Assembly (NCBI GenBank): GCA_951406725.2
Contig: OX597816.1
Span: 122,636,001-122,700,000 of the forward strand
Length of the DNA stretch: 64,000 bases
Reading direction: 5' to 3'
DNA from: Octopus vulgaris
Lineage: Eukaryota
Below are positions 13,900 to 27,884 of this stretch, in pieces; within the stretch, counting starts at the first letter, position 1, and the number at the start of each line of letters is the position of its first letter. The position numbers were made by a program, and so were the translations under genes. The notes under the pieces were generated by a model. That model searched no databases, had not been told where the DNA came from, and was given only the letters and a program-made list of their open reading frames with translations.

Positions 13900-15060
13900 A
13901 CTAACAAAATATGGGGTTATTTTGATTGAAAATACTTCGAATCAACAAAGCATGAAGATGACGGGTTACCTGTCTTTCCAAATGTCATTACTGATTAGCG
14001 ACTGTAGAAGGCAGTATGCGATTGGTAGAGAATTGATCTTACAAACTTTTAGCGAAGTTCATCATACAGTGCTGCAGAAGCCTGTGGCTATCATAATCAA
14101 TGTGTTTTATTTTTAAGTGGGTATGTGTGTACTACTTCAATAAAACGACTAATTGACAAAATCGTGAAGGATGTGGAAAGCACATTATTCTATTTTGTGG
14201 GGGCTGCTCAATTCTACTGACTACCAGATGAATCAACTCTATTGTGGAATAAATGCTCACAGTTACCTTTTGTTCGGTTTATAAAAAAAGATAACTCGAG
14301 AGCTATTGTTTTCGAGATATGAGATAAACGACATTGAAGATGAGTCAGTATTTCATATTGTGGAGAAGTTTTTACGCTGAAGCTTCTTACAAATATGACA
14401 CCTGCAACATAAGGAGGACTGTCCGTGTTAAGATGCTTCCATGAATTCACTGCAAACGCAGTGTTGAATTTATTGACAGTGCGTTGTGTGGTTAGTTGTG
14501 AAAAACATTAATTGCTTGTATCGTTCATTGAAATAACTCATTATAACAATTAACAGAATTAAAAATAATTCACTCACAGACAGATTATTCGGACAGCTGT
14601 GCAAACAAAATGATGACAATTTTATTTGCTTGCCATTCTAAACTGAAATGTACTGGTTAACGATGAACGCTGTTTGAATCACTTTTATGAGAGATAATTT
14701 TTGAATTCTCAGAAAAACAAAATAAGTTTCCTGAGAGATATTTTGAAAAAGTATTCAAGATCAATCAAACGAAATTGCATCCTCAAAAGAGTTAAAGTAA
14801 ATTTATTAATACGAAGTATGTTGCATGTGTATTTATTTCAAAGTTCATTGTGTTACACTACAAATTTGGGCGTGCAGAACTTTACTAGTTTTTGAGATTT
14901 TCTAAGACGATTACATTCAGTTTTGCTGTCATCTTTCGGAAGCATTACATAAATATTTCTCCGAACGTTGAAAAGATATTCCGTTATGAAGATTTCTGAT
15001 TGAGTTATTCAGAAAACCTGAAATATGTATGAAGAGGATAATTCTATAGTTATTTATACC
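13900..15060 (+). mobile_element. possible very degenerate DDE (Sola-like) transposase relic
   Basis: Only a short motif YSDSCA-NK near 14587-14610 resembling the SDxCxGQNKN motif; no continuous ORF. Confidence 0.25.
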
Positions 15061-15277
15061 AACAGTTTAGCTGTGGAGATTGAAATTACACAAAACATCG
15101 TGTCACATATATATATATATATATATACATATGTATATAAAAACAGTGTACATTTAAACACATAAGAGGCATCCATCATAGGACTCCTTGCACGCTAGAA
15201 AGAACAGTTAAATTCCAAACCACTATTAGGGATAAAATTTCGAAGGGAACGAAAAATAAAAACATTTACCATCTTAC

Positions 15278-15347
15278 ACCTGGACCATGGTTTCAGACTT
15301 ATTTTAGCAAATAAAATAATTTGCTAGAAGTTTTTTTTTCAGCAGGT
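15278..15347 (-). ncRNA. type I hammerhead ribozyme motif (G8 changed to A)
   Basis: Minus strand: ACCTG-CTGAAAA-..ACTT[TAGCAAAT/ATTTGCTA hairpin]AAGT..-GAAA-CCATGG-TC-CAGGT; perfect 5-bp stem I, palindromic stem III ACCATGGT, GUC site. Confidence 0.65.
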
Positions 15348-16060
15348 ACGAGGCAATCTAATATATGCCCCTTTTCAAATCTACCGTGCAAGCGCAGCTC
15401 TTTGTCGGCAGTAAATAAAAATGCCGGCTTTTCAATTCGAAAATTATCCAGAGAAAATATCAATAATTAATAATATCAAGGGTAATAAGAAATATTTCCC
15501 TTGAAATTACCCTTGATATTATTAATTATGCATGTCTATATGTATATGTTTATGTGTGTTTATATATATATAGAACATGAATTATATGTATAGAACATGC
15601 ATATATGTTTATGTATACATATACACTGCGATTAAAATTCAAATTGCATGGCATATAACTCGTATTTAGAAACCCATGTAGATTCTTATATATCCAAAAT
15701 GAGAAATATTGGGGAGAACTCGTATTAAATCCGTTAAATAGATGAGGGAATACATATTCTCATTAACACAAGATAGAGACAGAAGCATTTTTTTATCTAC
15801 CGTGATAAAATATATTTGTCTTCATTTTCTTACCTATATAAGTAAATACTTTAACCTAATTTAGCACAGTCGTTGATACAGTAACACTGCAATATAGTAC
15901 AAGTTCTAAAAGTTACTAATGAGAATAACGAAATCTCTAAAGACTTAACGAGGTAATCAGCTTATGAAATTTTCTTTACACAGTAGATATTTTCACTGCC
16001 TATGAAATACATGCAAGATGACGTAACTAAATAATTTATGAATTTTCTTCGTCTCTTCTA

Positions 16061-16109
<49 letters not shown>

Positions 16110-16113
<4 letters not shown>

Positions 16114-16422
16114 TATATACATATATGTACATACCTACATATATGTATATATACATGCATATATGAGTACAGGACATAAAAAACGTTGAATACAATGAAA
16201 AACGAAAACATAAAAGCAAAAACATAGAAACGAACTATTTTTCGAACAATGAAAAAACAGAGAAACGAGACATATTACATAAAGAATATTCCTCTTCTTC
16301 AGTTGTCCCTGTTTCATCTACTCCGCGTTCTGAAGGTAAGGACAAGACGCGACTTCGTTGAAACAGTCCTTCCCGTAAAGCAAATAAATAAAATTTGGGA
16401 TTTTTGCGGAGGGTGAAAGTGG
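16110..16422 (-). mobile_element. (TA)n-abutting non-coding element (putative PLE end)
   Basis: Homologous to 29405-29600 (TACCTACAT..GTACAGGACA..AACGAAAACATAAA..TTCC(C/T)CTTCTTCAG); terminus joined to (TA)n. Confidence 0.55.
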
Positions 16423-16909
16423 CTGATATCTGATATATGTGGGTTTGCCAGAGCAACTTAATGCCGTGAGCAGAAACCAGAAGGGATATTAAAGTATGAC
16501 ATATTTAAGCGTTTTTAGGGCTTACTATTCAGTATAATAGAATGATTGAGGTAAGAAGGCCAGACATTGTAGTTGTCAACAAGAAAGAAAAGTATGCTAA
16601 AACTATCGATATTCCCACTTCATATATATATATATAAAATCCTTATATGACAGAAAAAGTTGTCAGCAGACAGCCACATAGATTCGAATCTATGTTTATA
16701 GTGTCAATTTGAAGGAGCTTAGTGTCAGAGGATATTTTAGTTTAATTGGTAGAGTACTCAGTCGGTATCTGAAAGTTGCACGTTCGAGTTACGTGGCTGG
16801 CTGCTGATAACTTCCTTTTTCCGTCATATAAGGGTAAAATAACCAATCGTTTTGCTGTTTTCAGGTGACTTTTGGCCAACACTGTACACATACAACCTAT
16901 TAGTCATCA

Positions 16910-17127
16910 TATTCTTTTCTACTCTAGGCACAAAGCCCGAAAATTGGGGGGAGGGGGCCAGTCGATTAAATCGAACCCAGTACGCCACTGGTACTTAATA
17001 TATCGATCCCGAAAGGATGAAAGGCAAAGTCAACATCGGTGGAATTAGAACTCAGAACGTAAAAACAGACGAAATATCGCTAAGCATTTTGCCCGGCGTG
17101 CTAAAGTTTCTGCCAGCTCACCGCCTT
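16910..17127 (-). mobile_element. SINE family B
   Basis: Reverse complement AAGGCGGTGAGCTGGCAGAAA..GTTCTGAGTTCTAATTCC..GACTTTGCCTTTCATCCTTTCGGG..AAGTACCAG; related copies at 23480, 38697, 48685. Confidence 0.8.
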
Positions 17128-17199
17128 CATTAGTCAATATATTGGAATAACGTTTGAGAAATACAGGCGTTGTAACATAGAAAACTAACAAATAGTAGA

Positions 17200-18790
17200 G
17201 GGGTTGAGCTTGCTAACGGATAGGTTAATAAAGAGACGGGAGAGGGAGGATACGAGTATTTGAGAGTCTTTAAGTTGGATAAGATCAAATAGAAAGAAAC
17301 GAAGATGTTAAAAAAAGAATACCTCAAGCGTGTGAGACTTGTAATGTATAAAGTAAACGGAACGAATAAGATCAAGGCAACGAATACATGGGCTATATCC
17401 TTCATGCGCTATGGGGCAAAGACATGCACTACAGGACAAAGACAAATTAGAAAGTATTGACAGGGAAACTAGGAAATTGATGACAATAATAATAAATGTG
17501 CTCTATACAGTGCTCAGATGCACTACAATTAAAAAAAAACAAAAAAGAGAAGAAAAAGAATCATGACTTAGGGCACCAAAACTACGAATTTCAGAAAGCA
17601 TGGAAGTTTGGACGGATGTAGTGTCTCGAAAGCTTGCACCTGATACAGGTAGTTTGTTCCATGGATCCAGCAATACAAAAGTCATGGGTGCCGTTCTGTA
17701 GTTTGATTGTATTGTTGTTGGATATATGAAATTCAAAGAGGTGCCCAATGTTTTTGCTGGAAAGATGGTAGATAATCTTGTGGGTATCCGCCAAGTCGGT
17801 TGCCAGACGTCTGAGCTTTAGTGTGTCCATGCCCAAGGAAGCAAGACGTTAAGAGTATGGTAGATGCCTGGCGGCAGGTATTCGTTTGGTTGCAAATTTC
17901 CGAACAGTTTCCAGGAAATTGATATGCTGGTTGCACGACTTTATGTTGGAAGAAATAAAGGAAGTAGAGGAATAATAAGTTGTGAAAATTGTGTCAAAAG
18001 CGAAGAAAATAACCTAGTTTGGCACCTTACAAATTTAAAGGATTACATCATATCAAAAATAAAAGACTTTAACACACTGAAATCTGCTGATCCAGTAACA
18101 TCAAATGAATGTAAGTAAAGAGTAAAAAAGAACTTGCAAAAGAATGGAAGGGTGAACTTACGCACGGGCAGTACACTTGAGAGAAGTATGTATTGATTGG
18201 GATAAGAGTTCATCATGGTTTAGAAATAGTGATCTGAAAGGATGCACTGAAGCTCTGGTGTGCAACACCCAGGAGCAGGCTTTCCGAACAAGCTGCATTA
18301 AACATCATGTTGACAAAACGAAAAGATCACCATTATGTAGAACGTAAGGTAAAAAGGGGAAAACGGGAAGCTATCTTGTAAGCGAATGTGCTAAGTTAGC
18401 ACTGCGGGAGTACAAATGACATGACAAGGTTGCCAGATATATTCATGGTTGATATCTGATATACGTGGGTTTGCCAGAGCAACTAAATGCCATGAGCAGA
18501 AACCAGAAGGGATATTAGAGAAGGACAAATTTAAGTGTTTGTTGGGCTTACTACTCAGTATAATAGAATGATTGAGGCAAGAAGGACATACATTGTAGTT
18601 GTCAACAAGAAAGGAAAGTATGCTAAAACTATCGATATCCCCATCCTAGGAGATTGTTGATCAAAAGATAAATAGCATAAAAGGATAGAGAAATGTGAGC
18701 TACTGAACGAGGAAGCTGGAAAGTTGTGGGAGATGGAAGTTCCAGTGATTTCAGTGGTGACCAGAGCTTTGGGATGCATATCAAACAGTT
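17200..18790 (+). mobile_element. R4/Dong-like non-LTR retrotransposon 3' fragment (RT thumb, CCHC finger, RLE)
   Basis: Broken frames: KKEYLKRVRLV, NKIKATNTWAIS, IDRETRKLMT, ARLYVGRNKGSRG, EALVCNTQEQA, PLCR..LVSECAKLA..YK*HDKVA, IEARRTYIVVVNKK..TIDI; interrupted by a CR1-like insert. Confidence 0.75.
17580..17925 (-). mobile_element. CR1/L2-like LINE 3' fragment nested in the R4-like relic
   Basis: LGMDTLKLRRLATDLADTHKIIY..WNKLPVS, typical of CR1-type ORF2 C-termini. Confidence 0.7.
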
Positions 18791-18809
18791 TGCAATGTGC
18801 AATCATCGA

Positions 18810-19270
18810 ATCGAAAGAGTACTGGAGTCGGAGAAATGTAAGATTTTGTGGGACTTACCAATTCAAACCGACAAGAAAATAGAAAATAATAGACCAGGTA
18901 TAACGATTGCAAATAAGGAAAAGCAAAGTTACATACTTATCGACCCATCAGACCTGTTTGATTCCAAGACAGTAAAGAAAGCGGAAGAAAAACAACGAAA
19001 TACAATCCCTTAAAGTTTGAAATAGGAAGAATTTGGAGCACGTGAAGAGTAAAGGTCGTATTTATGATAATTGGTGCGTTGGGAACAGTAAACCAAGATA
19101 TAGACAAATGGCTGAAAGAGATTGAAATAGAATGCCCCGTAGAGCTACTGAATGTTTGACTCTCAGGGAGAGCAAAGATTATCAGGTGGGCTCTAAACAC
19201 TTGAAACTTGTGGATGCCTAAGTTTACAGGGAGCAACCCGCTATCCACATAATTCCTACTAGGAATAAAA
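18810..19270 (+). mobile_element. second R4/Dong-like RLE 3' fragment
   Basis: ERVLESEKCKILWDLPIQTDKKIENNRPGITI..ILID, then LKFEIGRIW..VKVVFMIIGALGTV..; RLE endonuclease region. Confidence 0.8.
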
Positions 19271-19773
19271 CCGAATCTGAGCCAAACCAAAATAATAGTA
19301 TTAAATGCCTGAAAGATTCTCATGATGCCAACATGCATATAAATATGCTTTCGTACAATGCAATGGGAATGAATTTGAGTAACTGTTAACATAATTTACT
19401 TACAAGTATGGATGAGTTAAGTTTAGTTTTAGCTTCCCCATACTTGTAAACAGCAAGTAGCTATTTAACTCGCTTTGTGATCGTGAGTGCACCAAACCAC
19501 ACATGTGCATATGATTACATTTTCACGGATGCTTGTAGTAGTGAGTGTACAGCGCCGTGCAGTTTCTGCGAGGGCGTTCATACGTCCATACTTGTAAATG
19601 GTAATTTTTGATACTTTTCTCACTATATTGCGCTTTCATTTCTTTTTTACATCAGTGATTTTTATTTTTGATCTTCTACATAAATGAAAATAATTCTTTC
19701 GTTTTGCTGCTTTTCTTTCTACGAAATAAAAAGATACATTGTGAACTGTTATTTTAACACGTTGTATCTATTT

Positions 19774-19880
19774 ATCACTCGATGAGATACATCTGCATCG
19801 CCGGATGTTCTTGAACCTGTCGATAAGTGTCCTACCCGTGAGGGAATCGATGCTACATGTGTCGAAACAGTTGTCGTGAT
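19774..19880 (+). ncRNA. type I hammerhead motif with long stem II
   Basis: ATCAC-TCGATGA-GATACAT..GCATCG..CGATGC..ATGTGTC-GAAA-CAGTTG-TC-GTGAT; 5-bp stem I, GUC site; C3/U4 variant; ~110 bp upstream of a TA tract. Confidence 0.7.
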
Positions 19881-20102
19881 TGATAATAAATTCTCGTATA
19901 TTCATCTTCCGTCTTTCATTTACGTAACGAAGATTGTGAAATTGACTGTGCTTTGCCAGTAAGCTACCAGGTGTAAACTATTTGTTTTATGTTATATATA
20001 AATATATATATATATATATTTATATATATATGCATATATATATGGGCATTTATATATGCATGTACATATGTATATGAATACATATATATATAGATAGATA
20101 TG

Positions 20103-20895
<793 letters not shown>

Positions 20896-20899
<4 letters not shown>

Positions 20900-21000
20900 A
20901 TCCAAACAAGAAAGCACAAAAAAACACAACAAAGCGAGGACGTGGAACAAATATAGTATTATTGGACGCTCAGGAAAGAAGGAAAGAAAGAGGGTTAAGA
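20896..21000 (-). mobile_element. short (TA)n-flanked element end related to the 28338 family
   Basis: GTATTATTGGACGCTCAGGAAA resembles GTATTAGTATAACGCTCAGGAA; its terminal AATCCAAACAAGA recurs alone inside the TA tract at ~30618-30630. Confidence 0.5.
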
Positions 21001-21010
21001 TATATATATA

Positions 21011-21411
21011 GGCGCAGGAATGGCTGTGTGGTAAGTAGCTTGCTAACCAACCACATGGTTCCGGGTTCAGTCTCACTGCGTGGCATCTTGGGCATGTGTC
21101 TTCTGCTATAGCCCCGGGCCGATCAATGCCTTGTGAGTGGATTTGGTAGATGGAAACTGAAAGAAGCCTGTCGTATATATGTATATATATATATGTGTGT
21201 GTGTATGTGTTTGTGTGTTTGTGTTTGTCCCCCTAGCATTGCTTGACAACCGATGCTGGTGTGTTTACGTCCCCGTAACTTAGCGGTTCGGCAAAAGAGA
21301 CCGATAGAATAAGTACTGGGCTTACAAAGAATAAGTCCCGGGGTCGATTTGCTCGACTAAAAGCGGTGCTCCAGCATGGCCGCAGTCAAATGACTGAAAC
21401 AAGTAAGAGAG
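21011..21411 (+). mobile_element. tRNA-derived SINE family A, full length
   Basis: GGCGCAGGAATGGCTGTGTGGTAAG A box, GGTTCAGTC B box, CORE-like CTTGGGCA.GTGTCTT, internal (TA)(TG) tract, GACTGAAACAAGTAA tail; many copies in window. Confidence 0.9.
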
Positions 21412-21816
21412 TATATCTTAACGCTTTTCTTCTCTTCCTCAAACTTCCTGTTTCTGTCTCTTTTTCTCTCTCTCTTTCTTCCTCTCTCTCTCACTTTCTC
21501 TCTCTCTCTCGCTCTCTCTCTCTTCTACACTCCGACCAATCACTTTTTTCATGTATCCTATTGTTAATCATCTATCTTTATATATTATACTTAATGATTT
21601 TAAGCTATTATAAGAATATGTGCAAACACACATAGTAAACCATATGTGTGTTTCATTACTCTTTCTCTTATTCCTAATTCTCTCACTCTCTGTGCGTGCA
21701 TCCACCTGTCACCCTGTATGTGAGTGTATGTGTGCATGTGTGCGTATGTAAGTATGTGTGAATGGAAATGTGTACGAGTATGTTCGGTTATATGAGGGAA
21801 AGTGTGTGTACGTAAT

Positions 21817-21932
21817 TATGTATGTATGTATGTATGTATGTATGTATGTATGTATGTATGTATGTATGTATGTATGTATGTATGTATGTATGTATGTATG
21901 TATGTATGTATGTATGTATGTATGTATGTATG
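21817..21932. repeat. (TATG)n microsatellite
   Basis: Perfect tetranucleotide tract. Confidence 0.95.
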
Positions 21933-22719
21933 CATGCATTTATGTGCGTATGTGCTTGTATTGTGTTTGTCACGTGTTTTCTATGCGTAAAAAAATGAAA
22001 GTTGTTGTATAGTCAGTTGTATAGAAACTTTCAAAAATGCTACCATTACTATTACTACTACTACTGCTCTTGTTGTTGTCGTCACCTTTGTGGTCGTGGC
22101 AGTTGTGGCGGTGATGGTGGTGCTAGTGGCAATATGGTGGCGTTTTGTGATGTCTTAGAAGTTAATGATATTACTACTGTTATTGTTGATATTGTTTAAC
22201 CTCAAGGAGGCCCTAAACAAGCAGACCTATGATCAAAAGCATTCGAAATTCCACTTGTGACCATCGTTGCAGTCCTTTTCCATGCATAGTGTACTCTGGA
22301 CATCGCTAACCATGATTCACCTTAAGTAATTTCAGAAAGATTGAGTTGTTATTTCCAGCATATTTATTGATCACATGCTGGCAACCTTATAATTGTTGCT
22401 GACATAACATACGAGGATGCAGTCAAGGCTTTTCAATCATGTGGATCCGGACTTGCTCATTCTCCACGGCATTGTGGAAAAGTTCATTTACCAAAGTCAC
22501 GTGTTGACCCAACTATTGTGAGCGAATTTGTGTAGGTGACAACTGTTTAGCTGTCAGTCGCACTGATTGCACCTGCAAATCAAAGGGTGCAGCCTTGTCA
22601 CACTTGTGTCACCTTGATTCTATTGGAGAATTAATCTAACGTTACACTTGTCCGTGGAGTACTCGGCCACTTTCCACACAAATTCAGCGATAGTTTGTCC
22701 AGTTGTGAGCAACTGGGCG

Positions 22720-23460
22720 ATTATGCTGTTCTTGTTTTTGTTTTTTCTGCAGCTACTACTGTTGCTGCTGCTTCTACTGCTACTACTGCTACCGCTGCTG
22801 TTGCTACTGCTGCTGCTTCTGCTGCTGTTATTGCTGTAGTGTTCCTGCTATTGCAACTGTTGTTGTAATTTGTTGTTGCAGACGTTGTAATTCCACTTGC
22901 AGACCTTGTTGCAGTCGTGTATGTCATTGCTGGTTTACTTTCTGCAGTTTCTGCGTCTGCTACTGCTCCTGTTGCTGCGGCTTCTATTACTGCTGCAGCC
23001 GTTTCTCTTGCTACTGTTGCTGCTGCGATTGCTGCTGTGGTGGTGCTTGCTGCTGCTGTTGTTGTTGCTGCTACAAGTTATTATGATTCTCGTTGTAATT
23101 GTTGATGCTGTTAATCTTCCTGTTGCAATTACTGCTGTTGTTTCTGTTAATGCAGCTGTCACTAGTATTGCTGTCATCATAATTGATGACCTGGTAGTTC
23201 TTGCTGTTGTTGCTGCTGTTGTAATTTTTGCTGTTGTTTCCGATGGTGTAGTTATTTCTTGCTGATATAGTAGTTGCTATTTTTTTATGGTTTGTGATGC
23301 TGCTGTTGTCATTGCTGCGGTTGCTACTGCTGCTGCAGCAGCCACTGTTACAGTTTTGGCTACTGCCGGAGCCGTTTTTTAGTTGCTGATTTTATTGCTG
23401 TACTTGCTGTATTTATTGTTGTATAATTAGTAATTTTAGTTGTAATTATGGTTGTTTTAA
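22720..23460. repeat. degenerate (GCT/GTT/ACT)n low-complexity tract
   Basis: Cryptic trinucleotide repeats giving poly-L/A/V pseudo-ORFs in several frames. Confidence 0.8.
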
Positions 23461-23479
23461 TTAAAGCGAGCACTGACAG

Positions 23480-23745
23480 GATTGTTAGCATGATGGGGGG
23501 TAGAGAATGCGTATCGGCATTTCTTTTGGCTTTATGTTCTGAGTTCAAATACCGCCGAAACGACTTTGCCTTTCATCCTTTCGGGGTCGATAAATTAAGT
23601 ACCAGTTGCGTACTGGATCGATCTAATCGACTGGCCCCCTCCCCTTGTGTCTAGAGTAGAAAAGAAAAAAATAAGTGCCAGTTGAGCACTGGGGTTGATG
23701 TAATCGACAAGCCTCCGACCCCAAAATTTTAGTCCTTGTGCTAAT
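23480..23745 (+). mobile_element. SINE family B with duplicated 3' portion
   Basis: GTTCTGAGTTCAAATACCGCCG..GACTTTGCCTTTCATCCTTTCGGGGTCGATAAATTAAGTACCAG; the AAGT.CCAGTTG..ACTGG..TAATCGAC block occurs twice. Confidence 0.75.
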
Positions 23746-24156
23746 AATGATCATGGCTGTTGTTTTTGTTCTTGTTTCTTCTGCTGTAGCTCGTGTTGTC
23801 TTAGTCATTTGTTCTTATTAGAATATTACTACTACTTTAAAAAGAAAGATCGGTAGGTGAAGGTAGTGCCTATGACCCACTACTGCTGCATTTGAAACTG
23901 GTAAGAGGAAGAGATGAAGCTATCCTCTATCCAGACACCTAGCCCAAACGCTTGCAACGAATTGGAATCCACAACAGGCTACTTAGTCGCCAGGTGTTGG
24001 GGGCTATGATCACCACCTACATAGGCTATGGAAAGATTTCTACTCACAATACACAGAGCCGGAAGAAACACCCTCAGCCACCAAGCGCATCATTTGTACA
24101 ACTCCGCCAATCTACTCCGCCAGCATCGTATTGGGCCGAAAATGTATATATTTATT

Positions 24157-24518
24157 GGCGCAGGCGTGGCTGTGTGGTAAGTAGCTAAGTAGCTTGCTTA
24201 CAAACCACATGGATCCGGATTCGGTCCCACTGCGTGGCACCTTAGGCAATTGTCTTCTATATAGCTCCGGGCCGACCAAAGTCTTGTGAGTGAACTTGGT
24301 AGACGGAAACTAAAAGAAGCCTGTCGTATGTGTGTATGCATGTATGTGTGTGTTCCTCCAGCATCGCTTGAGAACCGATGTTGGTGAGTTTACTTAGCAG
24401 TTCGGCAAAAGATATCCGATAGAATAAATAGTAGGCTTACAACGAATAAGTCCTGGTTTCGATTTGTTCGACTAAAGGCGGTTCTCCAGCATGGCCGCAG
24501 TCAACAAATAAAAGAAAA
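24157..24518 (+). mobile_element. SINE family A
   Basis: Colinear with 21011-21411. Confidence 0.88.
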
Positions 24519-24521
24519 GTA

Positions 24522-24624
<103 letters not shown>

Positions 24625-24789
24625 ATATGTATGTATGTATATATATACATATATATGTAGTTGACGGCTAAAAATATGAATTGTAAATTGAGCTCGGCGG
24701 GATTTGAACTGAGAACGCAGCCAGTCGGAAGAAGTACCATGAAGTACCACGAAGCGTTGTCTGAACCCCTAGCAACTGTCAATTCATCA

Positions 24790-25417
24790 CCTGAACTGCT
24801 ATTGGCTTGCCGGTGTTGTTCTGGTGGTTATTTCTCTGCAACTGTTATTGTCATAGTTTTTAATGTTGTTGCTCTTTCAACTGTTGCGAACGCTGTGCTT
24901 GTAGCAACTCCTGCAGCTACTGTTGTTGTTGTTGTTGATGTTGCTGCTGCTGATGTTGTTGTTGCTGCTGCTGCGACTGTTGCTTTTATTGCATCTGCAT
25001 CTGTGTTTTGCTGCTGTTGCTGTTGTTGTTCTTGTTGATGCTACTATCGATGTTGTTAATGCTGTTGGGGTTTGTGTTTTTCCTGCTGTAGTAGTAGTAG
25101 TAGTAGTAGTAATAGTAGTAGTTGCTGTTGTTGTTGTTGTTGCTGCTGCTGCTATTGCACAGCTAGTACAGCAATGGTCGATCAGACCTATGACCAAAGT
25201 AATTTCGAATGTGACCGTCCAATTTGTGCATATTCAGGCCTATATAAGCCAATACGTACTTTGATTTTTAAAAGCAACAGTGGTGCGATAGAAAAGTATT
25301 GGCTGCTATTTTTGCAGGTCAAACCACTACATAGAGGCTACCGCACTGGCTCGTTGTAATAGCAGCAGCAGCAGTAAGACTACTACTAGTAGTAGTAGTA
25401 GTTTTTGTTGTTGATGG

Positions 25418-25448
<31 letters not shown>

Positions 25449-25670
25449 AGTGTTGGTTGTGCTGTTCTTATTCTATGATTGTTGTCGGCAGCTGTGGCCC
25501 TTTCTTGTAACATATTTAGATTTGCGTAGGTGGGAGGTGGAGAATAGATCAGTACCAGCGGAGGCGGCAGCAGAGAAGCAACAACAACAGCAACAACAAC
25601 ATCAGCAGCAGCAGCAACAACAACAACAGCACCAACAACAACAAAAACAGATGATGCAAAAGTAACAAGT
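24790..25670. repeat. mixed trinucleotide low-complexity tract
   Basis: (GTT)n,(GCT)n,(GTA)n,(CAA/CAG)n runs. Confidence 0.8.
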
Positions 25671-25948
25671 GTTAATGCTACGTGCTTGCATAATCTTACA
25701 CTCTTTTTTAACGTAGATGCATATGTCAATGTACATACATACATGCACACATATATGCATCGATAGACTAATACTCGGCCGCAGAAATATCCAAGGACAT
25801 AAATGTGCCAGTGTGCACATGCACACGTACACACACACAATCACACATACACTCACACACGCACGCACGACCACACACAAAGACACACTAAAACATACAT
25901 TTATATATATGCATGTATATACATATAATACATAAATAGATTGTATGA

Positions 25949-26497
<549 letters not shown>

Positions 26498-27472
26498 ATA
26501 TATACATATACATGTATATATATGCATGTGTTGCCTTTTATAACTATCTATAAACTTCATTTATCGGTCTCTCTGTCTGTCTGTCTTTCTGTTTATCTTC
26601 TTTTCATCCATCCTATTACCTTTTTGTATTTCTATATCATTTTCACGCTACATATCTTCCCCTCTATCTCTTTAACTACGTCTCAGTTTGTCTGTGTGTC
26701 TCTAACTCCATCCCATCTCCCTCTGTCTCTAATCTTCCCTCCTCCCTCCTTCTCTGTGTTTTTATACATAACAAGGAATGCACAACCCCTTTCGTGGTCT
26801 AGCAAGGTTATCACTAAAACACTCCTTCGTGTATTCCCACCTAGATTAAACGAACGATGCAGCTGTCGCAGTGGTCGCTGCTGATAGTAATTTTGCTGCA
26901 GCCGATGTTGTTGCAACTTCTGCAGTTTTTTCTTATTGTTATTGGATTGTTCTTGTGATTGGCGTTGTTCTGGCTTTGTTGCCCCTGTTGATGACCCTGC
27001 TGCAACTGTTGAAATCCTGTCATTCTATCCAGTTTCCTTACTTCTGAGCTATAAAAAAAAATGGCAAAATAGAACGGACGATGGAAAGAAGAGAGAGAGA
27101 GAGAGAGAAAGATCGAGAGCGAGCGGGTGGGAGATAGAAAGAGAGAGAGAGAGGGGGGAATGAAAGAGAAGAAAGAGACAGAAGCGATGCGAGTAAGATC
27201 GAAAGAAAGTTAGAAAGCAAATGTGAAGAAAACTCGACTGTACAAACCCAAAGCATTTACACGTGTCTACAAGCTGGATCTTTGCACACACACAAACACA
27301 CACACGCACAAACGCATGCACACACGTAAACACACACGTACACACACATACATACACACATGCATATTCAAGGCACACACAAGCACGTACACAAAAACAC
27401 ATACACGTGTACACACATCTGAACTCATATGTATACAAATACGTACATGTACACAGAAAAAAAGGACACAGT

Positions 27473-27678
27473 TACTCTTTTACTCTTTTACTTGTTTCAG
27501 TCATTTAATTGCAGCCATGCTGGAGCACCGCCTTTAGTCGAGCAAATCGACCCCACGACTTATTCTTTGTAAGCCTAGTACTTATTCTATCGGTCTCTTT
27601 TGCCGAACCGCTAAGTTACAGGGACGTAAACACACCAGCATCGATTGTCAAGCGATGCTGGGGGTACAAACACAGACA

Positions 27679-27728
<50 letters not shown>

Positions 27729-27884
27729 CGACGGGCTTCTTTTCAGTTTCCGTCTACCAAATCCACTCACGAGGCTTTGGTCGACCCGAGGCTATAGTAG
27801 AAGACACTTTCCCAATGTGCCACGCAGTGGGGCTGAACCCGGAACCATGTGGTTGATAAGCAAGCTACTTACCACCCCTGCGCC
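27473..27884 (-). mobile_element. SINE family A
   Basis: Reverse complement of the 21011 copy. Confidence 0.9.

Noticed and set aside
15913-15940. Minimal hammerhead-like TTA-CTAATGA-G-AATAA-C-GAAA-TC-TC-TAA
   Set aside because: G5 lost, 3-bp AU-only stem I, non-palindromic stem III; could be chance
23850-24140. GC-richer block of unknown origin (similar block at 35900-36140)
   Set aside because: Probably LINE UTR debris; no motif I can support
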